In this document: piece by piece, positions 1 through 8,803 of the stretch
Layout of the letters: every line of letters starts with the position of its first letter
Numbering within the stretch: position 1 is the first letter of the stretch
NCBI GenBank assembly: GCA_002711925.1
Contig: PASJ01000004.1
Span: forward strand, 1 to 62,541
DNA: 62,541 bases
Direction of reading: 5' to 3'
Source of the DNA: Pseudobdellovibrionaceae bacterium
GTDB lineage: Bacteria; Bdellovibrionota_B; Oligoflexia; Oligoflexales; Bog-1112
Notes under the pieces: generated by a model
What the model saw: only the letters and a program-made list of their open reading frames with translations
What the model was told of the DNA's origin: nothing
Database searches by the model: none
Position numbers and translations under genes: made by a program

Positions 1-530
1 CTTACTACACCATTAGCTTCCATCATATCGATTATTCTTGCAGCTTTTAAACGACTCATTCTCCTAAAAAACACAATACCATCAAGATGGTCAATTTCAT
101 GTTGAATACAAATTGCAAAAAGCCCATCAGCTGTAAGCTCAAAGGGTTTTCCATCTTCATCTTGGGCGGAGATTTTTACCGTTTCGGGACGTTCAACAAA
201 ATCAAACATGCCTGGAAAGCTTAAGCACCCCTCTTGGTAGCGAGTTTTTTTTCTCGAAACTTCAAGAATCTTTGGATTAATTATTACCCAAGTTTTATCG
301 TGCCAGTCTTGGCGTTTTTCTTCGTCTTTTTCACTCCAAGGTATCCGGATAACAAGAACTCTTTTTAGTATATCAATTTGATTAGCAGCAAGTCCAATAC
401 CTTTGCTGTCTTCCATTGTTTCAATCATGTCTTTGACGAGTGTTTTTAGGTCTTGATTAAAATCAAGAACTTCCTTGGCTTTAGTTTCTAAAACTCTTGC
501 CGGATACTCAACTATTTTTCGAATTGCCAA
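1..530 (-). CDS. def: peptide deformylase (3' end cut by window edge)
   Basis: Not in the ORF track because it runs off the window. Reverse-strand translation from TTG at 530..528 gives MAIRKIVEYPARVLETKAKEV. All three deformylase motifs are in frame: GIGLAANQ (401..378), EGCLS (233..219), QHEIDHLDG (104..78). Confidence 0.88.
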   Translation of the reverse strand, partial: MAIRKIVEYPARVLETKAKEVLDFNQDLKTLVKDMIETMEDSKGIGLAANQIDILKRVLVIRIPWSEKDEEKRQDWHDKTWVIINPKILEVSRKKTRYQEGCLSFPGMFDFVERPETVKISAQDEDGKPFELTADGLFAICIQHEIDHLDGIVFFRRMSRLKAARIIDMMEANGVV

Positions 531-553
531 ATTGCTTTCCTCAAGCTAACTGT

Positions 554-823
554 CTATAAATTCTTTTTTTTTCCTTGACCTAAGTTTGAAAAAGTTTCCC
601 AAGCAGCTTCAGAAACTTCATACCAAATTTGGCCAATTTGCTTATCTAATGATTCCACAAGTTCATTCTCTATAATGATCTCATGAGCTCGATCAAAAAG
701 ACTTCGACCTTCCCAGGAAAAAGACAAGATAAAGACCCATAGAATCATTTGGAGACAAGCTCGCATGAACAGTGTTATAATATCTTTTATCATAAAAAAC
801 AATTCCTTAGCTTTGAATTCCAT
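554..823 (-). CDS. hypothetical small membrane protein
   Basis: 89-aa ORF between lon and def on the same strand. One hydrophobic span (ITLFMRACLQMILWVFILSFSW). No family recognised. Confidence 0.4.
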   Translation of the reverse strand: MEFKAKELFFMIKDIITLFMRACLQMILWVFILSFSWEGRSLFDRAHEIIIENELVESLDKQIGQIWYEVSEAAWETFSNLGQGKKKNL

Positions 824-952
824 CTAAATATTAATTTTGTAAATAATTATTGATGGTTAAAGTTTTCTTTACAATTAAATGATAGCAGTAGAATTATGGC
901 AATGACAAGAGCTTATTGTCTTTGTATAGTTAGGGAAGCTAGTTTTTAGGAC

Positions 953-3310
953 TTAAAAAATTAAATCGACCAGCTCCTCAAAATGATTTACAAAGTGGGC
1001 TTCAAAATAGGAAGAAAATTTCTTATTCAGTGAGTTAAAGTCTTTTTGGTTTTCTTTGGGTAAAATTATTTTCTTTATTTTGTAACGTTGTGCAGCAAGA
1101 AGTTTTTCTTTTATTCCTCCTACAGGAAGAATAAAACCGTGTAAGGTCAACTCTCCAGTCATACAAATTTTCGAAGCTATCGGCTTAGCTGTTATAGCAG
1201 ATAGTAAAGAACAAGCTATTGCAAGTCCTGCACTTGGACCTTCTTTTGGAACAGCTCCTTGGGGAACATGAATTCGCACCTCATGGCTGTTGAGTTTGGA
1301 GCTTGTAAGTCCAAATTTTTTTGTATAAGAGCGGATTAAACTGTAGCTTATCTCTATTGATTCTTGCATAATTTTGCCCAGTTGTCCTGTATGCTTAAGA
1401 GTGTGTTGACCTTTTAATAGAGTCGTTTCTACAGGAAGAATGTCTCCTCCATAACCATTGTATGCCATTGCTATGGCAACTCCTATTTTGTCTTGGTCGA
1501 TTTCGTAAGTTTGTGCAGTTATGTATTCTTGTCCAAGGAATTTATTTAAAGATTTTTTATCAATAGTTATTTTTTCTTTTATTTTATTTTGGTCGTTCTC
1601 TGATATTTTTCGAGTTAGTTTTCGGGTCACTTTAGATATTTGTCTTTCTAAGTTTCTTAGACCACTTTCTCTGGTATAGTGCCTGATGATATGCGTTATA
1701 CTATTTTTAGTAAAATTAATATCATATGAGGATAAGCCACACTCTTTAATTTGTTTATTAATTATATGTTTTTTTGCAATTTCTATTTTTTCATGTTCAG
1801 AGTATCCTGATATTTCAAGGATCTCTAAGCGATCTTTAAGTGCTGCAGGTATCTGTGATATGTTATTTGCTGTTGCTATAAAAAAGACTGAAGAAAGATC
1901 ACAAGGAACACCAAGGTAATGATCATTGAAGTTATGATTTTGCTCTGGATCTAAAACTTCCAGTAAAGCTGATTCTGGACCACATCTGCTTTGATCTATT
2001 CCGAGTTTATCAATTTCATCTAAAAGTATCAAAGGGTTATTCGATTTGCTTTTAATTAAGCTTTGTACGATTTTCCCAGGAAATGAACCAATATATGTTT
2101 TTCTATGCCCCCTAATGTCAGCTTCATCTTTCACACCACCCAAGGAAAGTTTTGAGAACTTACGGTTTATCGATAAAGCAATTGCTCGGCCAAGGCTTGT
2201 TTTACCAACTCCTGGGGGGCCGAGAAGGCATAAAATTGGTCCTTTCGCCTTAGCATTCATTTTTTTTACAGCTATATATTCTACAATTCTATCTTTCACA
2301 TCATGTAGACCATAATGATGATTATTTAAAATTTCTAGTACCTCTTTCAAGCTTTTTCTATCTTCTGTGTATTTTCCCCAAGGAATAGACAGTATGGATT
2401 CAATAAAGCTTCTTATCATATTTGCTTCAGTGGTTTCTTGGGGTAATTTTTCAAGGCGTTTGAAGTTTCTTTCTACTTCAATTTGAGCTTCTTTTGACAT
2501 CTGTGTAGAGTTTATTTTGGTCAATAAAAGCTGAAGCTCTGAGTCGCTATCTTTCCGACTTCTCGAAAAACTTAATGAGTTCGTTTTCTGATACCATAAA
2601 TCATTTTTGGAAATTTCTTTTAATTGTGATTGCTCACTTAATTTTTTCTTTTCTTGGTATATTTTTGATTCTCTAGATAGATATAAATATGTTCGTGTTA
2701 ATCTATTTAGGGGGTCTAAAAGAGATTGAATCTGTTGGGCTTCATTTACGGTTAAGCTCAAGTGTGAAGCGACAACATCTGCAATTTTACCAGGGTCTTT
2801 GCATGTTGAAAGCGTTGTTTTCAAATGTGGAGAAACAGTTTTACCAAACGAAATAATTTGGCTAATCTTGTCTTTAACAGACTGAATAACAAAGTTACAG
2901 TCAATCGTTTTTGTCTGGTTACTTTTTTCACAACATTGCTTCAAGTTGACAAAGTAGCTTTCACCTTCACTAATCAGGTTAACAACAGATCCTCTGTAGT
3001 GACCTGCCAGAATAATTTTAAGTCTTCCGTCGTCTAAGTGTTTGTATCGTATAACTGAGCAAACTGTTCCAATATCATAAACATCAACGAAGCCATTAAT
3101 TTGAGTAAAAATTTCACTGTACGAACTCTCATTTTTAATGGCTGAAACAAAAAGTAAGTTGTTAGAGGCTAAAATTTTTTTAATAGATTTAATCCGACTT
3201 TCTTCATGTATATAAATTGGAGTACTTGTATTTGGAAATAGTACAAGATCTTGAAGTGGTAGAAGAGGTAGAGTTTTATACTTATCTATACCTATTATTT
3301 TATTTTCCAT
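953..3310 (-). CDS. lon: ATP-dependent Lon protease (LonA type)
   Basis: 785 aa. N-terminal Lon substrate domain, AAA+ Walker A GPPGVGKTS, Walker B LILLDEIDK, and a C-terminal protease domain with catalytic-Ser motif PKEGPSAGLA. Confidence 0.95.
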   Translation of the reverse strand: MENKIIGIDKYKTLPLLPLQDLVLFPNTSTPIYIHEESRIKSIKKILASNNLLFVSAIKNESSYSEIFTQINGFVDVYDIGTVCSVIRYKHLDDGRLKIILAGHYRGSVVNLISEGESYFVNLKQCCEKSNQTKTIDCNFVIQSVKDKISQIISFGKTVSPHLKTTLSTCKDPGKIADVVASHLSLTVNEAQQIQSLLDPLNRLTRTYLYLSRESKIYQEKKKLSEQSQLKEISKNDLWYQKTNSLSFSRSRKDSDSELQLLLTKINSTQMSKEAQIEVERNFKRLEKLPQETTEANMIRSFIESILSIPWGKYTEDRKSLKEVLEILNNHHYGLHDVKDRIVEYIAVKKMNAKAKGPILCLLGPPGVGKTSLGRAIALSINRKFSKLSLGGVKDEADIRGHRKTYIGSFPGKIVQSLIKSKSNNPLILLDEIDKLGIDQSRCGPESALLEVLDPEQNHNFNDHYLGVPCDLSSVFFIATANNISQIPAALKDRLEILEISGYSEHEKIEIAKKHIINKQIKECGLSSYDINFTKNSITHIIRHYTRESGLRNLERQISKVTRKLTRKISENDQNKIKEKITIDKKSLNKFLGQEYITAQTYEIDQDKIGVAIAMAYNGYGGDILPVETTLLKGQHTLKHTGQLGKIMQESIEISYSLIRSYTKKFGLTSSKLNSHEVRIHVPQGAVPKEGPSAGLAIACSLLSAITAKPIASKICMTGELTLHGFILPVGGIKEKLLAAQRYKIKKIILPKENQKDFNSLNKKFSSYFEAHFVNHFEELVDLIF

Positions 3311-3443
3311 AGCATCCTCTCAAAATTGCTACGTTAGATTTCTTTCTCTTATAATTATTCGGAAAGTAATTGTATAACTTGAGAATAGATGCTTTGGTTC
3401 TAGATAAAAATAGTTAGAGATGGTTGTTGTTGGTTTTTTTAAA

Positions 3444-3857
3444 TTACTTTTGGACTATAAAGAAAAGTATCAATTTTCCCTTGTGATTTCCACTTCGATC
3501 ACCTTTGCTTTCAAAAGACATGTGATCTCCATCACAAATTCCCGGGTTGATCTGAACAAGCATATTCACTTTCTCTTTTCTGTAGCTTTTTTTTCCATCT
3601 GCTTTTAAATAAAATATAGTTTGTGTGTATTTTACTTCTCTTTTTAAACCGGTCTTGGCCTCTTGGCTGGAAAGAAAAATAGGTATCTTTAAATCAAGGG
3701 ATTTTATTGATTTCTGCCAGGTTGAAAAGCTGATGTCTTCAAAAGATACTTCTTGACAGAAATCAGCTAATTCTTTGCTTTCTTCTTCTTTAAGCGAAGA
3801 ATTAGATGGAGCCTCTGCCACGTTACTTTTTAAAAATTTGGATGGTGGTTTTTTCAA
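3444..3857 (-). CDS. hypothetical protein, DnaJ/CbpA C-terminal-domain-like (no J domain)
   Basis: 137-aa ORF 17 nt downstream of grpE. The segment LKIPIFLSSQEAKTGLKREVKY...VNMLVQINPGICDGDHMSFESKGDRSGNHKGKLILFFIV follows the sequence pattern of a DnaJ C-terminal beta-sandwich domain. This was judged by eye only. Confidence 0.45.
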   Translation of the reverse strand: MKKPPSKFLKSNVAEAPSNSSLKEEESKELADFCQEVSFEDISFSTWQKSIKSLDLKIPIFLSSQEAKTGLKREVKYTQTIFYLKADGKKSYRKEKVNMLVQINPGICDGDHMSFESKGDRSGNHKGKLILFFIVQK

Positions 3858-3874
3858 TCCAAAGATCTCTATGG

Positions 3875-4468
3875 TTATTTGTCATTTTTCGCTTTAGGTA
3901 TAATGACAGAAACCATAGCTGGTCGCAACAGTCTTTCATTTAAAAGATAGCCTTTGATATACTCATCTTTCACAGTTTCTTCTGAGATATCTTGACTTTC
4001 TATTTTTTGAAGGGCTTGGTGATAGTCAGGGTTGAATTTTTGATCTACAGACTCAATTGGATGTAAGCCATTTTGGACAAGGACATTCATAAACTGTTTA
4101 GATACAAGTTTAAGGCCCTCCTCAAGCTCCATTTGACGGTTAGAACTTTCCTCTTTTTCACCTGCTAAAGCTTTATCTAAGCTATCAATAACAGGTAGAA
4201 GGCTCTTCATGAATTTTTCTAAGGTATACTTTTCACTTTCTTGTTTTTCTCGGATTAAGCGTTTTCTTAAGTTTTCCATGTCTGCTAGTGTGCGTAGGTA
4301 CAAAGAATAGTTTTCTTCGGCTTTCACATTTAGCTCTTCTACTTTCTTTTCAAGTTCATTGTTTTCATCTTGGGCTGTGCTTGAAGAGCTGGTTTCTGTT
4401 TCCTCTTGAGTTTCGTTTTTTTCTATCTCTTCTTCTGGGTTTTTTGGGGTATTTTCTTTTTCTTCCAT
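3875..4468 (-). CDS. grpE: nucleotide exchange factor GrpE
   Basis: The ORF track extends to 4579, but the first 37 codons look non-genic. AGGAG lies 8 nt upstream of the ATG at 4468 (MEEKENTPK). GrpE signatures are LRTLADMENLRKRLIREKQE, LLPVIDSLDKAL and GYLLNERLLRPAMVSV. Confidence 0.9.
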   Translation of the reverse strand: MEEKENTPKNPEEEIEKNETQEETETSSSSTAQDENNELEKKVEELNVKAEENYSLYLRTLADMENLRKRLIREKQESEKYTLEKFMKSLLPVIDSLDKALAGEKEESSNRQMELEEGLKLVSKQFMNVLVQNGLHPIESVDQKFNPDYHQALQKIESQDISEETVKDEYIKGYLLNERLLRPAMVSVIIPKAKNDK

Positions 4469-4950
4469 AGCTGCTGCTCCTAGGAATAAGCATAGGCAGC
4501 TTATCTTTAAAATAAGCCACCTATCGGTTATGGTATATAAAACAATTTTGATTAGTATTTTTGAGGTTAAAGAGCTCAAGCCCTTGTAATTATTACGCAG
4601 ACAAAAAAAGTTTTGTGAACTATTCTACCGTTTATGTTACCCAATAAAGCAGGTAAACCGTACCTCAGGCTTTCTATTATACTTTCATATCAAAAGATTC
4701 ACAATGGCAATTTTAATGAGACTGAGGGGATCAAAGTGAAAAAGAATTTGCTGCGCATACACTTGTTTTTAAAAATTAAAAGCCTTTAGTTTTCAGTCTT
4801 GATGAATTTATGTAAATAAATATCGCACTTTATAAGGATTCAGACCTGACTTTTAATTTGTCCATTTTGCTAAACGACTCGAACAGAGTTGACACTGTCG
4901 TTGCTTTCTTATAGGCAGATTATTTAAAATGTTTTTTCTATTAATGCCAG

Positions 4951-4979
4951 TTGACACTAAACACTCGCCTTGCTAATTA
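4951..4979 (+). promoter_or_regulatory. sigma70-like promoter candidate upstream of fis-like gene
   Basis: TTGACA (4951..4956), 17-nt spacer, TAATTA (4974..4979), about 90 nt upstream of the GTG at 5069. A second copy of AGTTGACACT lies at 4888..4897. Confidence 0.3.
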
Positions 4980-5068
4980 AGCTTAATCTGACCTTATGCA
5001 AGCAATTATTTGTTGCCTGTCTCTGTGATTGTTTTTAGTACTTATTTAGTTTTACAGGAGGCCATCTG

Positions 5069-5455
5069 GTGGTTGAGATCTCAGATTATAAGAATACTAC
5101 GCTAACAAATAACCATAGTTCAAGCGCCGCGGGACCCTCTGGAATGGACCAGGTAGATGATAAACAAGAGCCCAAAGAAACAAATTCTATTATGGAAGAT
5201 GTTGGTTTAGCAAAAAAGCTTGATAATTATTCGTTAGAATCAATTGTGGAGCTTAAAATTTCCAGATTTTTAGACCAGATTAGTACCTATTATCCCGACA
5301 GTTTTCATTCTATGATTATGAATAAAGTTGAAAAGCCCCTTTTAAACCAAATTCTTTTACGTACAGGCGGCAATCAAGTTCATACCGCAAGAATCTTGGG
5401 TATAAACAGAAATACCCTCCGTAAAAAAATGAAATTATATGGTTTTTGTTCCTAA
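5069..5455 (+). CDS. Fis-family DNA-binding protein
   Basis: 128 aa. The GTG start lies 7 nt after AGGAGG (5056..5061). The C-terminus GGNQVHTARILGINRNTLRKKMKLYG is the Fis-type helix-turn-helix. The N-terminal half is acidic and low-complexity. Confidence 0.75.
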   Translation: MVEISDYKNTTLTNNHSSSAAGPSGMDQVDDKQEPKETNSIMEDVGLAKKLDNYSLESIVELKISRFLDQISTYYPDSFHSMIMNKVEKPLLNQILLRTGGNQVHTARILGINRNTLRKKMKLYGFCS

Positions 5456-5468
5456 GTTCTTCGCTTGA

Positions 5469-6842
5469 TCAATTTTCTGGACGACTTTCTAAGTTGTGAA
5501 ATGCAACAAAGTTAGGCAGCCATGCTAGGTAAATAGACGCTGTTTCGCCATGTCTATTTTTTGCCACAAGAATTTCAGCTTTACCGGCAAACTCACTATT
5601 AGGGTTGTAGTAGTCGTCTCGATAGATAAAAATAATTTGGTCAGCATCTTGTTCCATAGATCCAGACTCTCTGAGATCACTTATTTTAGGTCTTTTATCT
5701 GGCCTTGCATCAGGGCCCCTGTTTAGCTGAGCACAAGCAACAATGGGTATGTTTAGCTCTTTAGCTAAACCTTTTAAGCCCATGGAAATTTCACTTATTT
5801 CCCTTTCTCTTCCTTGCTTTTGGGCTGATGCCGTTCCCGACATAAGTTGAAGATAGTCAATAACAATAAGGTCTAGACCGTGATCTTTTTTGTACCTTCT
5901 ACATCTAGAGCGTAGCTCTCCAAGTGAAATACCAGGAGTTTCATCAATAACAATTTTATCTCCTTGATTGTTCATCCATCTTGCTGCAGTCATTAGACGA
6001 TCTTGGTCTTCTTCTGAAAGGTTTCCTTTTCTCAGCCTGTTGGAATCAAGGCGCCCTTCAGCTGCTAGTAATCTCTCTAAAAGTTGTGTCCGAGACATTT
6101 CTAAAGTGAATATAGCTGTAGTCGACTGGCTTTCTTTGCTTGCATTTAGTGCCCAGTTTAATGCTAAGGCTGTTTTGCCCATACCCGGTCTTGCAGCTAA
6201 GATGATGAGGTCGCTTTTTTGCCAGCCTCCTGTAATGTTATCAAGATCAAAAAAACCAGATTTGATACCTGTGGGTCCGCTTGTGCCCATCCTTTCTTCA
6301 AGGGTTTCGAGAGTGGGAACAAGGATATCTTTAGCTTTAACTAGACCTTCACCACTATCAATTTCACTACTGATCTTGAGAAACTCTTTTTCAACTTCTT
6401 CGATGAAGTTACCAGGATTTCCTTCAGTTTTCAAAGCTTGCTGAATGGTGTCCTGACAAGTTGAAATGATCTGGCGTAAGTGATGTTTTTCTTTCACAAT
6501 AGATGCATAATACTCAATATTTTGAGCAACAGGGCAAGATTCTATGAGTTCTATCAAATAGGAAGGATTAAATATCTTTTGTTCCGTATGACCCCGAAAT
6601 AAGTTTTCAGTAATAGTAATTATATCAATAGCATGATTATTCTGATCAAGTTCAATTATGGCTTGATAGATTTGTTTATGGCTATCAAGATAAAAATGCT
6701 CAGCTTGTAGGTTAATTTTATCAGTAATAAAATTTAATTGACTTGGAGTTCTTAAAACAGCACCTAAGACTGCTTTCTCTGCTTCCGAGGAGTGAGGAGG
6801 GGCCAACATTCCTTCTTTGTTATTTGTCATGTTTAATTCCAA
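5469..6842 (-). CDS. dnaB: replicative DNA helicase DnaB
   Basis: 457 aa. DnaB N-domain (PPHSSEAEKAVLGAVL), Walker A ARPGMGKTALALN, Walker B DLIVIDYLQLM. The start could be the ATG at codon 5. Confidence 0.95.
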   Translation of the reverse strand: MELNMTNNKEGMLAPPHSSEAEKAVLGAVLRTPSQLNFITDKINLQAEHFYLDSHKQIYQAIIELDQNNHAIDIITITENLFRGHTEQKIFNPSYLIELIESCPVAQNIEYYASIVKEKHHLRQIISTCQDTIQQALKTEGNPGNFIEEVEKEFLKISSEIDSGEGLVKAKDILVPTLETLEERMGTSGPTGIKSGFFDLDNITGGWQKSDLIILAARPGMGKTALALNWALNASKESQSTTAIFTLEMSRTQLLERLLAAEGRLDSNRLRKGNLSEEDQDRLMTAARWMNNQGDKIVIDETPGISLGELRSRCRRYKKDHGLDLIVIDYLQLMSGTASAQKQGREREISEISMGLKGLAKELNIPIVACAQLNRGPDARPDKRPKISDLRESGSMEQDADQIIFIYRDDYYNPNSEFAGKAEILVAKNRHGETASIYLAWLPNFVAFHNLESRPEN

Positions 6843-6906
6843 AGAAAAATTTTCGCGGCCACTTTATAAAAAGATAAAAAATTTGGAGACAAGATCGCTT
6901 AAACTG

Positions 6907-7350
6907 TTAGAGACTTTTTACATCCAGCCTTATTTTTGCTACGATTTCTTTGTGTAAAACAACTTCTGCAGAGTAAGTACCGATTTTCTTAATATCGTCA
7001 GGTAAAACAATTTGTTTTCGAGAAACTTTAACACCCTTTTTTTCTAGAAGGTGTTCAATTTCAGCCGCTGTCACAGATCCAAAAATTCGATCTTCATCTC
7101 CAACTTGCTTTGCCACTTCGATAGAGATCTTCTCTATTTTTTTGGCAAGTTCTTTCATCTCACGAAACTTTTTCTCTTTCTTTTTTTGTAAGACTCGTTG
7201 GTAATGCTCTAACTCTTTTATGTTAGCGTCATTCGCTTCGACAGCTAGTTTTCTTGGGTAAAGAAAGTTTCTAGCGTAACCACTTTTTACATTTACGAAC
7301 TCACCAATTTCACCAAGATGAGGGACATCTTCTGCTAATATTACTTTCAT
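6907..7350 (-). CDS. rplI: 50S ribosomal protein L9
   Basis: 147 aa. MKVILAEDVPHLGEIGEFVNVKSGYARNFLYPRKLA is the canonical L9 N-terminus. Confidence 0.95.
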   Translation of the reverse strand: MKVILAEDVPHLGEIGEFVNVKSGYARNFLYPRKLAVEANDANIKELEHYQRVLQKKKEKKFREMKELAKKIEKISIEVAKQVGDEDRIFGSVTAAEIEHLLEKKGVKVSRKQIVLPDDIKKIGTYSAEVVLHKEIVAKIRLDVKSL

Positions 7351-7389
7351 TTGATTTTCTCCACGCGAACTTTTTAATAAAAAATTTTT

Positions 7390-7773
7390 CTAAACATCTA
7401 TAGCTTGCTTTTGGGCAGCTAGTGCAGCAGCAGCTGCTGCCTCTGCTTTAGCTATTTCTGCTTTTCTTTCGTCAGCATCAGCATCTTCGCCTATATTAAT
7501 AACCATATAGCGAAGAATATTCTCATCAATACGCATCAAGCGTTCAGCTTCTTTTAGGTGGTCTGACGATCCGATAAAATCGTAGAAGCTGTAATGACCC
7601 TTGAAGTGACCTTTAATCGAATAAGCCAAGCGTTTGACTCCCCAGTCGTTTTTTAGAACAACTTCTCCACCGTCAGCTAGGAAAATTCCTTCGTATTTTT
7701 CAATAAGTTGACGATGATCTTCTTCATTTAAATGTGCACTTGCTATAATCGTTAATTCATATTCTCTTCTCAA
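7390..7773 (-). CDS. rpsF: 30S ribosomal protein S6
   Basis: 127 aa. MRREYELTIIASAHL...YSFYDF is S6-like, with an Ala/Glu-rich C-terminal tail. Confidence 0.93.
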   Translation of the reverse strand: MRREYELTIIASAHLNEEDHRQLIEKYEGIFLADGGEVVLKNDWGVKRLAYSIKGHFKGHYSFYDFIGSSDHLKEAERLMRIDENILRYMVINIGEDADADERKAEIAKAEAAAAAALAAQKQAIDV

Positions 7774-7825
7774 AGTAAACTCCCCTTTTCTATACCAAAA
7801 AGCAACGCAGTTTTGTTGCTGTTAT

Positions 7826-8365
7826 TCAATTATTTAAAAATTTATCAAGTTTCAACAGAGTTTGTGGAAAGATTGTTTCTTTTAACTCTGAAAGGTCTTG
7901 TTCAACAAAATCATCAAGAACCCAAGATGATACGCTTTGCTTACTTTCAGAACTGGGTCTTCCGACTCCAACTTTTACACGTGAAAACTCATCTGAACCA
8001 AGCTCTTGGATAAGGCTTCTCACTCCATTGTGACCACCATGACCTCCATTTGCACGAAACCTGACTTTCCCTTTTTCCATATCTATATCATCATAGAATA
8101 CTATGATGTTACTTGGCTTTATTTTGAAGTAACTCGCTACCTTGTTTACAGCTGAGCCACTTAGATTCATATAAGTCATCGGTTTTACCAGAACAATGTC
8201 CTCGCTAAGCTTTTTGGATTTTGCAAGTTCTGCTTTGAACTTTTTGTCTTCTTTTAATGAAGCACCAAGCTCTTGAACGAGAAGATCAATAAGGATAAAA
8301 CCTACATTATGCCGGTTAAATGCATATTTGCTACCGGGATTGCCTAGGCCTACAATCAGTTTCAC
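7826..8365 (-). CDS. pth: peptidyl-tRNA hydrolase
   Basis: 179 aa. Motifs LIVGLGNPGSKYAFNRHNVGF and GGHGGHNGVRS. The GTG start overlaps the rplY stop (GTGA). Confidence 0.95.
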   Translation of the reverse strand: MKLIVGLGNPGSKYAFNRHNVGFILIDLLVQELGASLKEDKKFKAELAKSKKLSEDIVLVKPMTYMNLSGSAVNKVASYFKIKPSNIIVFYDDIDMEKGKVRFRANGGHGGHNGVRSLIQELGSDEFSRVKVGVGRPSSESKQSVSSWVLDDFVEQDLSELKETIFPQTLLKLDKFLNN

Positions 8366-8646
8366 AGGTACATTACATCCACGTGGACAGCACTTCGTTT
8401 TACAGGGTTAATCTGTAGCTCTTTAATAACTACAGGCTTAATTTGCCCGTCTATGGACAGGTTAAATTTTTTACCATTTTTCCACGCTTTAGAAAGCCAC
8501 TTAGGATCCAGTTCAATCATTTCGGATTTTTCTTCCTTATAAATATTACCTGGAATAAGACCTTTTGCTCTTAATTTACGATTGTAGCTTTTACCTGTTT
8601 CTGATCTTCTAGCAGCCTCTATCGTTAGCTCTTTTTCTTCTGACAT
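8362..8646 (-). CDS. rplY: 50S ribosomal protein L25 (short form)
   Basis: The ORF track runs to 8751. GAGGAA lies 9 nt upstream of the ATG at 8646 and gives 94 aa (MSEEKELTIEAARRSETGKSYNRKLRAKGLIPGNIY), typical of L25. Confidence 0.85.
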   Translation of the reverse strand: MSEEKELTIEAARRSETGKSYNRKLRAKGLIPGNIYKEEKSEMIELDPKWLSKAWKNGKKFNLSIDGQIKPVVIKELQINPVKRSAVHVDVMYL

Positions 8647-8803
8647 AATGGAAAGTTCCTCAAGTATCTTATTTCTTTTTAGTGGCCTAATTTTGAAGTT
8701 TTCTTCAGTAGAGGCTACTGGTCTTTTCATAAAACCTATAAACAAACCCATGTATATAAAGGTATTGACCTAATTATGCAAGCGAGAAAGTCATTATTTA
8801 CTT

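Noticed and set aside
1-60. The Def C-terminal sequence SRLKAARIIDMMEANGVV, which resembles an FtsK-gamma/winged-helix-like string.
   Set aside because: It is in frame with and contiguous to the deformylase catalytic motif, within the normal length of Def. The resemblance is a short helical motif only.
4469-4579. A 37-codon N-terminal extension of grpE given by the ORF track.
   Set aside because: The extension is hydrophobic and unlike GrpE. AGGAG sits 8 nt before the internal ATG at 4468, which yields a normal GrpE N-terminus.
3311-4700. A search for CIRCE (TTAGCACTC-N9-GAGTGCTAA) or sigma32 (CTTGAA...CCCCAT) elements upstream of lon and grpE.
   Set aside because: I found no convincing match by eye. 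Only weak -10-like hexamers (for example TAGAAT on the minus strand near 4625) are present, so no regulatory feature is claimed.
5968-6444. A 158-aa plus-strand ORF inside dnaB. Similar shadow ORFs occur at 1686..1919, 2046..2315 and 2825..3037 (in lon), 11705..12013 and 12864..13073 (in E1), 14141..14326 and 14744..14935 (in mutS2), 33924..34382 (in tonB) and 54915..55328 (in the SDR gene).
   Set aside because: All lie antisense to strongly supported conserved genes. They have low-complexity or repeat-mirroring sequences and no SD. They are typical shadow ORFs.
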